Positions 1 to 11,186 of a stretch of 64,000 nucleotides of DNA are shown one piece after another; within the stretch, counting starts at the first letter, position 1, and the number at the start of each line of letters is the position of its first letter. Source of the DNA: Candidatus Binatia bacterium (GTDB lineage: Bacteria > Desulfobacterota > Binatia > UBA9968 > JAJDTQ01); NCBI GenBank assembly GCA_963666515.2, contig OY762897.2:1280001-1344000 (forward strand). The letters run 5' to 3'. The translations under genes were made by a program, and so were the position numbers. The notes beneath the pieces were generated by a model. That model did no database searches and was not told the origin of the DNA. It saw nothing but the letters and a program-made list of their open reading frames with translations.

Positions 1-1
1 T

Positions 2-1213
2 CTCCGGGCCCGGCGCAGCGAACGGTTCATCTCCCTGCTGACCCTGATCTCGGTCCTGGGAGTGATGCTCGCGGTGGTCACGCTCAACCTGGCCATCGCG
101 GTGATGAGCGGGTTCGAGGAGGCCTTCCGCGACCGTCTCCTGAGCCTTCACGCGCACATCCAACTGGTCAAGCCCGCGAGCTACCTGACCGGATACGAGG
201 AGCTGGCGAAACGGCTGGAGAGCCGGGACGACGTGACCGCGGCCGCTCCCGCCCTCACCGGCCAGATCATCCTTACGGCCGGGAGCCGGGTGTCCGGCGC
301 GGTGGTGCGCGGCATCGACCCGGACCGTTCCCACGTGGACCTCGAAGGGTTCCTCACGCAGGGGCGCGTGGGCGATCTCAAGGCGCGCACGCCGGTAGTG
401 GTGGACGGCCGGAATCTGGACCTCCCGGGCATCATCATCGGCGACCGGCTCGCGAGCCAACTCCGGGTGAGCAAGGGACAGGCGCTGCAGGCGGTCTCGC
501 CCATCGGGAGCCCCACCGCGGTGGGGATCATCCCGCGGATCAGGCGTTTTGCGGTGGTGGGCATCTTCGACTCGGGCATGCGCGAGTACGACGCCGGCCT
601 GATCTTTCTGAACATTGCGGACGCGCAGCGCTTCTTCGGGATCGGAAAGGTCGCCACCGGCATCGAGATCTCCGTCAGCGAGGTCGCGAAGGCGCGGGGC
701 ATCGCCGAGGAGATCCAGAACGACGTGGGCGGGAGGTACCTGGTGGAGGACTGGACGCGCCTGTGGCCCAATCTGTTCGCGGCGTTGCGGCTGGAGAAGA
801 CCGTGTACTTCCTGGTGCTGTTGCTGATGGTGCTGATCGCGGCCTTCAACATCGTGTCGACCCTGATCATGGTGGTGATGGAAAAACGCAAGGACATCGC
901 GGTGCTGCGGTCCATGGGCGCCACCCGCGGCGGCATCCGGGCGATCTTCCTCCTGAAGGGCTGGATCATCGGCGCAGTCGGCACCGTGTCCGGGGTGGTC
1001 ATCGGCTACGTGCTCGCGCTGCTGCTCCAGCGCTACCAGTTCATCGACCTGCCCGAGGACGTGTTCCCCGTGTCCACCGTCCCGGTAAGCATCTCTCCCC
1101 TGTACTTCGCCCTGGTAGCCCTGTCGTCCCTGGCCATCTGCTGTCTCGCCAGCATCTACCCCGCGCGGCAGGCCGCCCGGCTGCATCCGGTGGACGTCAT
1201 CCGGTACGAGTAA
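2..1213 (+). CDS. lolE: Lipoprotein-releasing ABC transporter permease LolC/E (5' end outside window)
   Basis: RFISLLTLISVLGV...AVMSGF start, AAFNIVSTLIMVVMEKRKDIAVLRSMGA, YPARQAARLHPVDVIRYE end; followed by lolD. Confidence 0.92.
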   Translation, partial: LRARRSERFISLLTLISVLGVMLAVVTLNLAIAVMSGFEEAFRDRLLSLHAHIQLVKPASYLTGYEELAKRLESRDDVTAAAPALTGQIILTAGSRVSGAVVRGIDPDRSHVDLEGFLTQGRVGDLKARTPVVVDGRNLDLPGIIIGDRLASQLRVSKGQALQAVSPIGSPTAVGIIPRIRRFAVVGIFDSGMREYDAGLIFLNIADAQRFFGIGKVATGIEISVSEVAKARGIAEEIQNDVGGRYLVEDWTRLWPNLFAALRLEKTVYFLVLLLMVLIAAFNIVSTLIMVVMEKRKDIAVLRSMGATRGGIRAIFLLKGWIIGAVGTVSGVVIGYVLALLLQRYQFIDLPEDVFPVSTVPVSISPLYFALVALSSLAICCLASIYPARQAARLHPVDVIRYE

Positions 1214-1219
1214 CGGAAC

Positions 1220-1903
1220 GTGTCGTCGTTGATCGAAGTACGGGGATTGGCGAAGTCCTTCGCCGGCGGCGGCAGGCAGGTGGAGGTGCTGGCGGATCTG
1301 GACCTTTCCCTGGGCGAGGGCGAACGGCTCGCCATCATCGGCGAGTCCGGCGTCGGCAAGAGCACCCTGCTTTACATCATCGGCACCCTCGAGCGCCCCG
1401 ACCGCGGCGCGCTGCGCTACGAGGGACGCGACGTCACCCTCTGGAACGACGACGAAGTCTCGCGGCTGCGCAACCGGACCATCGGCTTCGTCTTTCAGTT
1501 CCATCACCTGCTGCCCGACTTCAGCGCGCTCGAGAACGTCATGATGCCGGCCCTGGTGGCGCGCTGGGACCGCCCCAGGGCGCTGGAGGCCGCGCGCGGG
1601 CTGCTGGAGACCGTCGGGCTGACGCACCGGCTGACGCACCGGCCGGGGGAGCTTTCCGGCGGCGAGCAGCAGCGGGTCGCCATCGCGCGCTCGTTGATCC
1701 TGGGACCGCGGGTGATGCTCGCCGACGAGCCCACGGGCAACCTGGACCCGGCGACCGCGGGCGAGATCGAGGACCTGCTGTGCGGGCTCAACGAGGACCG
1801 CGGCCTGGGCCTGATCGTGACCACCCACAACCGCCAGTTGGCCGGCCGCATGAACCGGCAACTGGAGCTTCGCGGCGGCCGTCTCTTCCCGGCCGCCCTC
1901 TGA
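1220..1903 (+). CDS. lolD: Lipoprotein-releasing ABC transporter ATPase LolD
   Basis: GESGVGKST Walker [39 protein letters not shown]. Confidence 0.92.
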   Translation: MSSLIEVRGLAKSFAGGGRQVEVLADLDLSLGEGERLAIIGESGVGKSTLLYIIGTLERPDRGALRYEGRDVTLWNDDEVSRLRNRTIGFVFQFHHLLPDFSALENVMMPALVARWDRPRALEAARGLLETVGLTHRLTHRPGELSGGEQQRVAIARSLILGPRVMLADEPTGNLDPATAGEIEDLLCGLNEDRGLGLIVTTHNRQLAGRMNRQLELRGGRLFPAAL

Positions 1904-2009
1904 CACCGGGACGTGGGACCCTCCCAAGCGGTTTGGAGCCGCGCCCTGCGCTTTACAACCGTACGGGAACTTGTTAGCAGATCACGAATAAAGTCCAGGT
2001 ATTTTCGCG

Positions 2010-4379
2010 GTGTGGATCATCAGCCATAGAATCGCCGCGGCGCTGGTCGCCCTCCTGTGCTGGCTCGTGGCGTGGAGCGGCGGCGCCGCCGGCGCCTCCG
2101 TCATCAACGAAGTCCGTGTTCAGGGCAACCTCAGGGTCGAAGAGGACGCCATCCGGCTGAGCATCCAGGCGCAGCAGGGCCAGCCCTTGGATCGCGAGGC
2201 GGTGGACCGCGACGTCAAGGCCATCTACCGCATGGGCTTCTTCGACGACGTCAGCGCCGATTTCTCCGCCGAGGGCGTCCTGACCTACACGGTCAAGGAA
2301 CGGCCCTACGTCAAGCAGGTTGAAATACTCGGCGCCGACAAGGTGTCGAAGGACGACGTGGAAGCTGCCCTCGGCATCAGCACGCGGACCGCCCTCGACG
2401 CCGGCCGTTTGCAGGAAGGCCTGCAGAGGGTGCTCAGGCTTTACAGCGAGGCGGGGCACGTCAACACGCGGGTCGACTACGTGCTGACGCCGGTCGAGAA
2501 CAACCAGACCGTCATCACCCTGACGGTCACCGAAGGCAAGACGCTACGGATCAGGAAGATCACCTTCGAAGGGAACCGGGCGTTCCCGGACGACGAGCTC
2601 AAGGGCGTCATGAACACGAAGGAGGCCTGGTTCCTCCCGTTCACGAGCCACGGTATCCTGGACCCGGACGTCCTGACCAACGACACCACGCTGCTGTCTT
2701 CCTTCTACTACGACCACGGATTCGTCGACCACAAGATCGACGAACCCATCATCCTGACGCGGGCCGAGGGGCTGGAGGTCGTCATCCGCGTCCAGGAGGG
2801 CGAGCGCTACCGGGTCGGCGCCGTGAAGCTCGGCGGAGACCTCGGCAGTACCCCGACACGGCTGCTGGAGGACGTCACCCTGACCTCCGGGCAGATCTTC
2901 CGCAGGAGCCGGCTTCTCAACGACGTGACGGCGCTTCAACAGCGGTACGCCGACCGCGGCTACGCGTTCGCGGACATCTCTCCGGCCACCCGGTTCAACC
3001 CCGAGGCCCGGCTCGTGGACGTGACCTACATGATCAAGCGCGGACCTCCGGTCTTCTTCGACCAAGTGGAGATCACGGGGAACGTCAAGACCCGTGACAA
3101 GGTGATCCGTCGCGGGCTGGAGGTGGCGGAGAAGAGCCGGTACTCCGAGGCGAAGGTCCGGGAGAGCCGGAACGCCCTGTTGCGGACGGGATACTTCAAG
3201 GACGTCACCATGTCCACCGAGAAGTCCGAGAAGGAAGACGAGGTGGACCTCCTGGTCAAGGTGGAGGAGGCGCCCACCGGCGCCTTCAGCATCGGCGCCG
3301 GCTACAGCACCGCAAGCGGGTTCTCGTTCCGCACGTCCCTCGAAGAGCGCAACCTTTTCGGGACCGGAAGGCGGGTGTCGGCCGACCTCCTCCTCAGCAG
3401 GACGGACCAGGACATCGTCCTCCGCCTGGTGGAGCCCCGTGTCCTGGACAGCCGCGCGGACCTCGGGTTCGACGTCTTCCATACCACCACCGAATACGCC
3501 TCCTGGACCAATCGCCGGAGCGGTTTCGCCACCCGCCTCAGCATGCCGATGCGCTACCTCCGCCTGCCCTACTTCGGACGTCGCGCCGACGCCCACCTCG
3601 CCGAAGGGTTCGACGCGGACCCGGGTTTCTCCGTCCTGGACCATCTCCGGGGAAGCATCGGCTACACGCTGTTCCGCTCCAGGGTCACGGACGTGGGCAC
3701 GGACGCGCCGTCGAGCATCGAGCCGGGCACATCCCTCACCAGCGCGGTTACGTCCGGCGTCACCTACGACACCCGCAACCACTTCTTCGTGCCCACCGAA
3801 GGCACCCGTTCGGTGGCGTCCGTCAAGCTGGCCGGACTGGGCGGGGATAACCGCTTCATGCGGAGCGACGCCGCGGTGACCTGGTACTATCCCATCTTCG
3901 GGGGATTCGAGTGGGGTGAGAACTTCGCCGTCATGCTCGGCGGCCGGATCGGCTACGGCACGTCCTGGACCGATCGTCCGCTGCCGTTGTTCGAGCGCTA
4001 CTTCGTCGGCGGCATCAATTCGGTGCGCGGGTTCGAGTACCGCACCCTGGGTCCGCGGGAGTGTCCCAAGGACAAGCCCGACTGCGACGACCCCGACGCG
4101 GTGGGGGGCAACAAGCAGCTCATCCTGAAAGCGGAGTTGCACTTCCCGATCCTGGACCAGTGGGGTTTCCGGGGGTCCGCGTTCTTCGACCAGGGACAGG
4201 CCTTCGGGCCGTCCGAGAACATCGCCTTCGAGGACCTCAGGCGCTCGACGGGTCTGGCGATGCAGTGGCAGTCGCCCATCGGCCCGGTCAAGTTGAGCTG
4301 GGCGTTCCCCCTGAACGCCCAACCGTCCGACGACAAGGAGATCTTCGGGTTCGCCTTGGGCGCCATCGGTGATCTTTGA
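2010..4379 (+). CDS. bamA: Outer membrane protein assembly factor BamA
   Basis: Signal peptide, POTRA-like repeats ([12 protein letters not shown]), VRGF loop-6 motif, [11 protein letters not shown]; upstream of skp-lpxD. Confidence 0.95.
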   Translation: MWIISHRIAAALVALLCWLVAWSGGAAGASVINEVRVQGNLRVEEDAIRLSIQAQQGQPLDREAVDRDVKAIYRMGFFDDVSADFSAEGVLTYTVKERPYVKQVEILGADKVSKDDVEAALGISTRTALDAGRLQEGLQRVLRLYSEAGHVNTRVDYVLTPVENNQTVITLTVTEGKTLRIRKITFEGNRAFPDDELKGVMNTKEAWFLPFTSHGILDPDVLTNDTTLLSSFYYDHGFVDHKIDEPIILTRAEGLEVVIRVQEGERYRVGAVKLGGDLGSTPTRLLEDVTLTSGQIFRRSRLLNDVTALQQRYADRGYAFADISPATRFNPEARLVDVTYMIKRGPPVFFDQVEITGNVKTRDKVIRRGLEVAEKSRYSEAKVRESRNALLRTGYFKDVTMSTEKSEKEDEVDLLVKVEEAPTGAFSIGAGYSTASGFSFRTSLEERNLFGTGRRVSADLLLSRTDQDIVLRLVEPRVLDSRADLGFDVFHTTTEYASWTNRRSGFATRLSMPMRYLRLPYFGRRADAHLAEGFDADPGFSVLDHLRGSIGYTLFRSRVTDVGTDAPSSIEPGTSLTSAVTSGVTYDTRNHFFVPTEGTRSVASVKLAGLGGDNRFMRSDAAVTWYYPIFGGFEWGENFAVMLGGRIGYGTSWTDRPLPLFERYFVGGINSVRGFEYRTLGPRECPKDKPDCDDPDAVGGNKQLILKAELHFPILDQWGFRGSAFFDQGQAFGPSENIAFEDLRRSTGLAMQWQSPIGPVKLSWAFPLNAQPSDDKEIFGFALGAIGDL

Positions 4380-4410
4380 CGGCGCGGGCCGGTGACGCAG
4401 TCTGGAGGTT

Positions 4411-4953
4411 ATGGTGATTGGAGTTTTCCGGTTCATTCTGCTGGCGATGCTGGCCGCGGCGGCGGCGAGTCCGGCGTGGGGTCAGGATCTCAAGGTCGGT
4501 TTCGTGAACCTTCAGAAGGCCATGAGCGAGTCGAAGCGCGGCAAGGACGCTCGCGCGAGTTTCCAGGCCGACCTCAAGGACAAGCAGGACGCCCTGTCGA
4601 GGGAGAAGAAGGCTATCGAGAAGCAGCAGAAGGACCTGGAAAAGCAGGCCGTTCTGATGAAGGACAGCGAGCGGGCCAGGGCGCAGCGCCGTTTGCAGCT
4701 CCGCGCGCGCGACTGGGAGCGCAAGATGAGGGACGTGCGGGAAGAGCTGGCCCTCAGAGAGCGCGAGCTGACCGACGAGATCCTCAAGGACCTTCAGAAG
4801 ATCATCGGGGAGTTGGGCAAGACGGGCAAGTTCACCATGATCCTCGAACGGAGCCAGATGCTCTACACCGACAAGGGGACCGACGTCACCGACGAAGTGA
4901 TCAAGCTCTACAACGAGCGTTTCCAGAACGGGACGGCCGACAAGAACAGGTGA
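4411..4953 (+). CDS. skp: Skp/OmpH periplasmic chaperone
   Basis: Signal peptide, [10 protein letters not shown], long coiled coil, DVTDEVIK end. Confidence 0.92.
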   Translation: MVIGVFRFILLAMLAAAAASPAWGQDLKVGFVNLQKAMSESKRGKDARASFQADLKDKQDALSREKKAIEKQQKDLEKQAVLMKDSERARAQRRLQLRARDWERKMRDVREELALRERELTDEILKDLQKIIGELGKTGKFTMILERSQMLYTDKGTDVTDEVIKLYNERFQNGTADKNR

Positions 4954-5996
4954 CGACCTCCGGCAAATCGCTTGCGGACCTCGCCGAGCTGGTCGGCGGA
5001 CGGGTGGTCGGCGACCCGGACGCGACCATCGAGGGGGTGGCGTCCATCGAGGACGCGGGTCCGGGAGAGATCACCTTTCTCGCCCACCCACGTTATCGGC
5101 GGCACCTGGCTTCCTGCAACGCCGGCGCGGTCATCGTGGCGGACGAGCCGGAGGGCCGCACCGGCCTGAACCTCCTCCGCGTCGAAGACCCCTACCGCGC
5201 GTTCGCGCGCATCCACGGACTGTTCAATCCTCCGGCGGCGCACGACGCCGTCACCAGCCCGCTGGCCTTCATCCACCCGACGGCCGTCGTCGGCTCGGAG
5301 GTCGCCCTCTATCCGCACTGCTACGTCGGCGAGGCGGCCCGGGTCGGAGACGGGACGGTGCTCATGCCCGGCGCCGCCGTCGGCTCCGGTGCGCACGTCG
5401 GCAAGGGCTGCGTGCTCCATCCCAACGTGACGGTGGCCGAGCGCTGCCGCATCGGCGACCGCGTTACGCTCCACGCCGGGGTGGTGATCGGAAGCGACGG
5501 CTTCGGCTACGCCGGCCGGGGGCCGCAACGGCTCAAGGTGCCCCAGGCCGGCATCGTGGAGGTGGGGGACGACGTGGAGATCGGCGCCAACGCCACCGTG
5601 GACCGGGCCACCATCGGAAGCACCCGGATCGGCGCCGGGACGAAGATCGATAATCTCGTGCAGATCGGGCACAATGTACGAATCGGCGAACGCTGCCTGA
5701 TCATCGCCCAGGCCGCGATTGCCGGCAGCGTAGTGGTAGGCGACGACGTGGTGATCGCGGGGCAGGCGGGCGTCAGCGATCACGTGGAGATCGGCGACCG
5801 GTCGATCATCGGGCCCAAGAGCAACGTCCTGCAGTCGGTTCCGCCCGGGTCCGTGCTGTCGGGCCTGGTCGAAGCCGCTCCTCACAGGCAGTGGCTCAGG
5901 GTGATGCGGCTGCTGCCCAGGCTGCCCGAGCTGTGGCGGCGGCTCTCGGAGGTCGAGCGCCGCACGGCGACGCGGTCGGACAGGGAGGTCCGGTAA
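4950..5996 (+). CDS. lpxD: UDP-3-O-acyl-glucosamine N-acyltransferase
   Basis: GTG overlapping skp stop (GTGA); hexapeptide repeats, [21 protein letters not shown]. Confidence 0.95.
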   Translation: MTTSGKSLADLAELVGGRVVGDPDATIEGVASIEDAGPGEITFLAHPRYRRHLASCNAGAVIVADEPEGRTGLNLLRVEDPYRAFARIHGLFNPPAAHDAVTSPLAFIHPTAVVGSEVALYPHCYVGEAARVGDGTVLMPGAAVGSGAHVGKGCVLHPNVTVAERCRIGDRVTLHAGVVIGSDGFGYAGRGPQRLKVPQAGIVEVGDDVEIGANATVDRATIGSTRIGAGTKIDNLVQIGHNVRIGERCLIIAQAAIAGSVVVGDDVVIAGQAGVSDHVEIGDRSIIGPKSNVLQSVPPGSVLSGLVEAAPHRQWLRVMRLLPRLPELWRRLSEVERRTATRSDREVR

Positions 5997-6000
5997 AGGC

Positions 6001-6429
6001 ATGATGGACGCAAACGAGATACGCAGGCTGATCCCGCATCGATACCCGTTTCTGCTGGTGGACCGGATCGTGGAGCTGGAGCCCGACCGGCGCATCGTCG
6101 GCATCAAGAACGTCACCATCAACGAGGGCTTCTTTCAGGGCCACTTCCCGGACAAGCCCATCATGCCGGGAGTGTTGATCTGCGAGGCCATGGCCCAGGT
6201 GGCCGCGGTCCTGGCCCGGTGCAGCGAATACGACCCGGACACGGTCTTCGTCCTGACGGGTGTCGATGGGGCGAGGTTCAAGCAGCCGGTGGCGCCGGGC
6301 GACCAGATGAGGATCGAGATCGAGATACTGAGGCGGCGCAAGAACTACTGGCGCCTTGCCGGTTGCGTAACGGTGGACGGGAAACCGGTGGCCGAAGCGG
6401 AACTGTCCGCCATGGAGATGTCGGTCTAG
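6001..6429 (+). CDS. fabZ: 3-hydroxyacyl-ACP dehydratase
   Basis: IPHRYPFLLVDRI, FFQGHFP..PIMPGVLICEAMAQ. Confidence 0.97.
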   Translation: MMDANEIRRLIPHRYPFLLVDRIVELEPDRRIVGIKNVTINEGFFQGHFPDKPIMPGVLICEAMAQVAAVLARCSEYDPDTVFVLTGVDGARFKQPVAPGDQMRIEIEILRRRKNYWRLAGCVTVDGKPVAEAELSAMEMSV

Positions 6430-6486
6430 TCCCGGGGCCGAGGCGGATGGTCCGCTTGCCGCCGCCGACGGACAAGGTTCGAAAAG

Positions 6487-7311
6487 ATGCCCGTGGACAA
6501 GGTCGGCCTGATTGCCGGAAGCGGACGTTTTCCCCTGATATTCGCCCGGAACGCCCGGGACATCGGGGTGCAGGTGGTCGCGGTGGCGCATCGCGGGGAG
6601 ACCGCCGAAGAGATCGAGCAGTTCGTGGAGGACGTCACCTGGGTCCGGGTCGGGCAGCTCGGAAAGATCATCCGCACCTTCCACCGGGCGGAGGTCCGCA
6701 ACGCCGTGATGGCCGGCGGCATCCGCAAGGTGCGGATGTTCTCGAACTTCCGGCCCGATCCCAGGGGCCTTGCGCTGCTCGCCCGGATGAGGAGCCGCGA
6801 CGACGACCAGTTGTTGCGGGGCGTCGCCGCGGAGCTGGAGAGGGAAGGGATACGCGTCCTGGAGTCGACCCTGTTCCTGGAACGGATCATTCCGGCCGAG
6901 CCCGGCGTCCTCACGCGCACCCGGCCCAGCCCGGAACAGTGGAAGGACGTGCGCCTGGGCGTTCCCCTGGCCAAGACGCTGGGGCGCATGGGAATCGGCC
7001 AGACGCTGGTGCTCAGGGATGGAGTCATCGTCGCGGTCGAGGCCATCGAAGGCACGGACGCGGCCATTCGCCGCGGCGGCGAGATCGTGGAAGGCCCGGT
7101 GGTGGTAGTGAAGATGAGCAAGCCGGAACAGGACCTGCGTTTCGACGTGCCGGCCGTCGGTCCCCGCACCATCGAGGTCATGAAGGAGGTGGGGGGAGGG
7201 GCGCTGGCAGTCGAGCGCCGGCGCTCGATCCTGCTGGACAGGGAGAGCCTGCTGGCCGCCGCGGACGACGCCGGCATCGCCGTGGTCGCCGTGGACCCGG
7301 AAGCCGCATGA
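6487..7311 (+). CDS. lpxI: UDP-2,3-diacylglucosamine diphosphatase LpxI
   Basis: GLIAGSGRFP, IGQT, AVEAIEGTD, KPEQDLRFDVPAVG. Confidence 0.93.
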   Translation: MPVDKVGLIAGSGRFPLIFARNARDIGVQVVAVAHRGETAEEIEQFVEDVTWVRVGQLGKIIRTFHRAEVRNAVMAGGIRKVRMFSNFRPDPRGLALLARMRSRDDDQLLRGVAAELEREGIRVLESTLFLERIIPAEPGVLTRTRPSPEQWKDVRLGVPLAKTLGRMGIGQTLVLRDGVIVAVEAIEGTDAAIRRGGEIVEGPVVVVKMSKPEQDLRFDVPAVGPRTIEVMKEVGGGALAVERRRSILLDRESLLAAADDAGIAVVAVDPEAA

Positions 7312-8255
7312 GCGCGCCCGGAACCATCGCCGCGGGCGTGGTCGGAGTCGGCTACGCCGGCAGCCTGCACGCGGCCAAGTACGCCGCGTTGCCCGCGGCC
7401 AGGCTCGTGGGCGTCGCCGACATCGATGAGGGGCGCGCCCGGGAGATCGGCGAGCGCTACCAAGCGCCCGCGGTGACGGACTACCGCGACCTTCTGGGCC
7501 GGGTCCGTTGCGTCAGCATCGCGGTCCCGACGCAGCAGCATTACCCCGTGGCGCGGGATTTTCTCGCCGCCGGCGTCGACGTGCTGGTGGAGAAACCCAT
7601 TGCCTCCACCGTGTCCGACGCCGCCAAGCTGGTGGAGCTGGCGCGGGAGAACGGCTGCATCCTCCAGGTCGGGCATTTGGAGCGCTTCAACCCGGTGGTG
7701 CGCCGGCTCACCGGGTTCATCTCCGGGCCCCGGTTCATCGAATGCCACCGCCTGGCGCCCTTCACGACCCGCGGCACCGACGTCGACGTGGTGCTGGACC
7801 TGATGATCCACGACATCGACGTCATCTCCAGCCTCGTCGACGCGCCGGTGTCCAGCATCGACGCCACCGGCGTCGCCGTGCTCACGGACAAGCCGGACAT
7901 CGCCAACGCGCGGATCCGGTTCGAGGACGGCTGCGTGGCCAACGTGACCGCGAGCCGCGTGTCGATGAAACGCGAGCGCAAGATCCGGTTCTTTCAGCCG
8001 GATGCCTATATTTCCCTGGACTACGACGCCAAGACGGCCCAGGTCTACCGCATGGAAGACCGCAGCCTCGGCTGGGAGGGGATCCGGGGGCATCCGATCG
8101 CCACGGAGAACGGCGACGCCCTCCTGGACCAGATCGAGTCCTTCCTGGAGTCGGTGGCCGCCCGCAAGGCCCCGGTGGTGACCGGCGAGGACGGGCTGCG
8201 CGCGCTCGATATCGCTTCGAGGGTCAGCCGACGAATCCATGAATCGGGACACTAG
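7308..8255 (+). CDS. Gfo/Idh/MocA oxidoreductase, GnnA-like (UDP-GlcNAc 3-dehydrogenase)
   Basis: ATG overlapping lpxI stop; GVGYAG, VLVEKP, VGHLERFNP, DLMIHDID; located between lpxI and lpxB. Confidence 0.8.
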   Translation: MSAPGTIAAGVVGVGYAGSLHAAKYAALPAARLVGVADIDEGRAREIGERYQAPAVTDYRDLLGRVRCVSIAVPTQQHYPVARDFLAAGVDVLVEKPIASTVSDAAKLVELARENGCILQVGHLERFNPVVRRLTGFISGPRFIECHRLAPFTTRGTDVDVVLDLMIHDIDVISSLVDAPVSSIDATGVAVLTDKPDIANARIRFEDGCVANVTASRVSMKRERKIRFFQPDAYISLDYDAKTAQVYRMEDRSLGWEGIRGHPIATENGDALLDQIESFLESVAARKAPVVTGEDGLRALDIASRVSRRIHESGH

Positions 8256-9429
8256 CGCCGGTTCTCCGGATCAGCGGCCGCTGGGGGTGATGCTGGTGGC
8301 CGGAGAGGCCTCGGGAGATGCCCGGGGAGCCGAGTTGGTGCGCGACCTGCGCCGGCGCGACCCGTCGGTGGAGTGCTTCGGCATGGGCGGCGCCAATCTC
8401 CGGGGCGCGGGCATGCGGGTGGTCCACGACATCGCGAGCGTGGCGAGCGTGGGCGTCGCGGAGATCTTCGGCAGCCTTCGCCACATCTGGCGGGCCTACC
8501 GGGCGTTGCGCCGGCTGCTCCTGGATGCGCGGCCGGCGTTGCTCATCCTGATCGACTTCCCGGAGTTCAACATGCGGCTGGCGCGGATCGCGCGCCGCCA
8601 CGGCATCACCGTCCTCTACTACATCAGCCCGCAGGTCTGGGCCTGGCGGTCGTACCGCATCCGGCGGATCGCGTCGAGCGTGGACGCCATGGCGGTGGTC
8701 TTTCCCTTCGAGGCGGAACTCTACAGGGCCTTCGGCGTGGGCGCGGTGTCGTTCGTGGGACACCCCCTCGTGGACGTAGTGAGCGCCGGCCGGGACCGGG
8801 ACGCGAGTCTCCGCTCCGCGGGACTGGATCGCACGAAGCTTACGGTGGCGATCATGCCCGGGAGCCGGAGGAGGGAGGTCGCTTCGCTCCTCGATCCCAT
8901 GCTCGAAGCGGCCCGGGGTCTGGCCCGGGAGCGGGAGACGCAGTTCCTGCTCATCCGCGCCAGCACCATCGAGCGCGGCGAGCTGGAGCGGGCGGTCGCG
9001 GGATCGCCCGTCACCCTCCGCATCGTCGACGGCGATACCTACGACATGCTGGCGGCCGCGGACCTCGTCTGGGTGGCCTCCGGGACGGCGACGCTGGAGG
9101 CCGGGCTGCTCGGCAAACCCATGGTGATCACCTATCGCCTGTCGCCGCTGAGCTACTGGCTCGGGCGCCTGCTGGTCAGGGTGGACCACATCGGCATGGT
9201 CAACATCATCGCCGGCGAGCGGGTGGTCCCGGAGCTGATCCAGAACGAGGTCACGGCCGAGCGCATCCTGTCCGAGACCCGGCGCATGCTGCAACCGGAG
9301 GTGCGGCGCGCGGTGGTGCGGAAACTGGAGGCGGTGCGGCAGCGCCTGGGTCCGTCCGGGGCTCCGGGACGCGTGGCCGACATGGCCATGGCGCTGCTGG
9401 CGCAGACCCGTGTGCGGGCGACGCCATGA
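8239..9429 (+). CDS. lpxB: Lipid-A-disaccharide synthase
   Basis: VAGEASGD, IDFPEFN, YISPQVWAWR, FVGHPL, PGSRRRE, SGTATLE. Confidence 0.96.
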   Translation: MNRDTSAGSPDQRPLGVMLVAGEASGDARGAELVRDLRRRDPSVECFGMGGANLRGAGMRVVHDIASVASVGVAEIFGSLRHIWRAYRALRRLLLDARPALLILIDFPEFNMRLARIARRHGITVLYYISPQVWAWRSYRIRRIASSVDAMAVVFPFEAELYRAFGVGAVSFVGHPLVDVVSAGRDRDASLRSAGLDRTKLTVAIMPGSRRREVASLLDPMLEAARGLARERETQFLLIRASTIERGELERAVAGSPVTLRIVDGDTYDMLAAADLVWVASGTATLEAGLLGKPMVITYRLSPLSYWLGRLLVRVDHIGMVNIIAGERVVPELIQNEVTAERILSETRRMLQPEVRRAVVRKLEAVRQRLGPSGAPGRVADMAMALLAQTRVRATP

Positions 9430-11159
9430 AGGTCTACCTGCGCCTGCTCCGGTACCTGCGGCCCTACGTGTGGCCGCACTTCTGCGGCGCCGTCCTCTGC
9501 ATGCTCCTGTTCAGCGCCACCACCGCGATGATGCCCTTCCTGGTCCGTGACGCGGTGGACGAGGTGTTCGTGAAGCAGGACCCCGGGGTGCTGGGGGTCA
9601 TCATCCTCATGGTCGTGGTCGTGTTCAGCTCCCGCGGCGTCTGCAACTTCGGCCAGCTCTATCTCATGGAACACGTCGGTCAGCGGATCATCCGCGATCT
9701 GCGTTCGGCCCTGTGCGAGAAGCTCCAGTGGCAATCGCTCGCCTACGTCCACCGCCACCCCACCGGCACGCTGCTTTCCAGGGTTGCCAGCGACGTGGCG
9801 CTGGTGCGGACCGCGCTCACCACCTCGGTGGCCTCGGTGGCCCGCAACTGCACTTCGGTGGCGGCGCTGGCCGCGGTGGCCTTCTACATGGACTGGGTGC
9901 TGGCGTGCATCGCCTTCGTGGCCTTTCCCGGCTCGGTGCTTCCGGTCAGGCGCCTCACCCACCGCATCCGAAGGGCCACCACGAGGAGCCAGGTGAGCAC
10001 CGGCACGCTGACCACGATCCTCCAGGAGAGCCTCCAGGGCAGCTCCATCGTCAAGGCCTTCGGCATGGAGCGTTACGAGCTGGAGCGGTTCAACCGGGAG
10101 AACCGGGAAATCCTGCGCCACACCATGAGGGCCGGCCGCGCCCGGGCGATCATGCCCTCGGCCATGGAATGGCTGGCCGGTCTGGGCGCCGCCGGAGTGT
10201 TGTGGTACGGCGGCAACGCGGTCCTGGACGGCGGGCGCACCGCGGGCGAGTTCTTCGCCTTTCTCACCGCCATGTTCATGGTCTACGAGCCGGTCAAGCA
10301 CCTGAGCCGGGCGCTGCCGGAAATCTACCAGGGCGTCGCCGGAGGAGACCGGATCTTCGAGGTGCTGGACGCGCCGCTGGACGTCACGGACGCTCCGGAC
10401 GCCGTGCCGGCCGCGGCCTTCTCGGACCGGATCGCGTTCCGGGACGTCCGCTTCGGCTACCGTGAGGATACGGTGCTGGCCGGCATCGACCTGGAGATCC
10501 GGCGCGGCGAGACGGTGGCGCTGGTGGGCATGAGCGGCGCCGGCAAGACCACCCTCTCGGCGCTGCTGCCGAGGTTCTACGACGTGACCTCGGGCCGCAT
10601 CACCCTGGACGGAGTGGATATCCGCAAGCTGACCCTGGAGTCCCTGCGGCGCCAGATCGGCATCGTGACGCAGCACACCTTCCTCTTCAACGACAGCGTG
10701 AGGGCCAACATCGCCTACGGCGATCCGGCCAAGGGCATGGACGACGTCGTCACGGCCGCCAGGGCCGCCAACGCCCACGACTTCATCGTGGAGCTGCCGT
10801 CCGGGTACGACACGGTGGTGGGAGAGCTGGGACTGGAGCTTTCCGGCGGCCAGCGCCAGCGGATCGCCATCGCCCGGGCGGTGCTCAAGAACGCTCCCAT
10901 CCTGGTCCTCGACGAAGCCACCTCCGCTCTCGACTCGGAGTCGGAGCGGCTGGTGCAGGATGCCCTCGACGGCCTCATGAAGAACCGCACGAGCCTGGTC
11001 ATCGCCCATCGCCTGTCCACCATCCGCAACGCCACGCGCATCGTCGTCCTGTCCAGGGGGACGGTCGTGGAACAGGGGACGCACCAGGACCTGCTGGCCC
11101 GGCGGAAGGAGTACAGCCGTCTCTACAACCTCCAGGCGGCCGGCGCGCCGCCCGGATAG
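9426..11159 (+). CDS. msbA: Lipid A flippase ABC transporter MsbA
   Basis: ATG at 9426 overlapping lpxB stop; TM domain plus GMSGAGKTT, LSGGQRQR, LDEATSALD. Confidence 0.9.
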   Translation: MKVYLRLLRYLRPYVWPHFCGAVLCMLLFSATTAMMPFLVRDAVDEVFVKQDPGVLGVIILMVVVVFSSRGVCNFGQLYLMEHVGQRIIRDLRSALCEKLQWQSLAYVHRHPTGTLLSRVASDVALVRTALTTSVASVARNCTSVAALAAVAFYMDWVLACIAFVAFPGSVLPVRRLTHRIRRATTRSQVSTGTLTTILQESLQGSSIVKAFGMERYELERFNRENREILRHTMRAGRARAIMPSAMEWLAGLGAAGVLWYGGNAVLDGGRTAGEFFAFLTAMFMVYEPVKHLSRALPEIYQGVAGGDRIFEVLDAPLDVTDAPDAVPAAAFSDRIAFRDVRFGYREDTVLAGIDLEIRRGETVALVGMSGAGKTTLSALLPRFYDVTSGRITLDGVDIRKLTLESLRRQIGIVTQHTFLFNDSVRANIAYGDPAKGMDDVVTAARAANAHDFIVELPSGYDTVVGELGLELSGGQRQRIAIARAVLKNAPILVLDEATSALDSESERLVQDALDGLMKNRTSLVIAHRLSTIRNATRIVVLSRGTVVEQGTHQDLLARRKEYSRLYNLQAAGAPPG

Positions 11160-11186
11160 CCTCCACGTCGACGGAGCCCTGAGCCC

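Noticed and set aside
1950-1996. Possible sigmaE promoter (GGAACTT) upstream of bamA
   Set aside because: No matching -10 element at the expected spacing.
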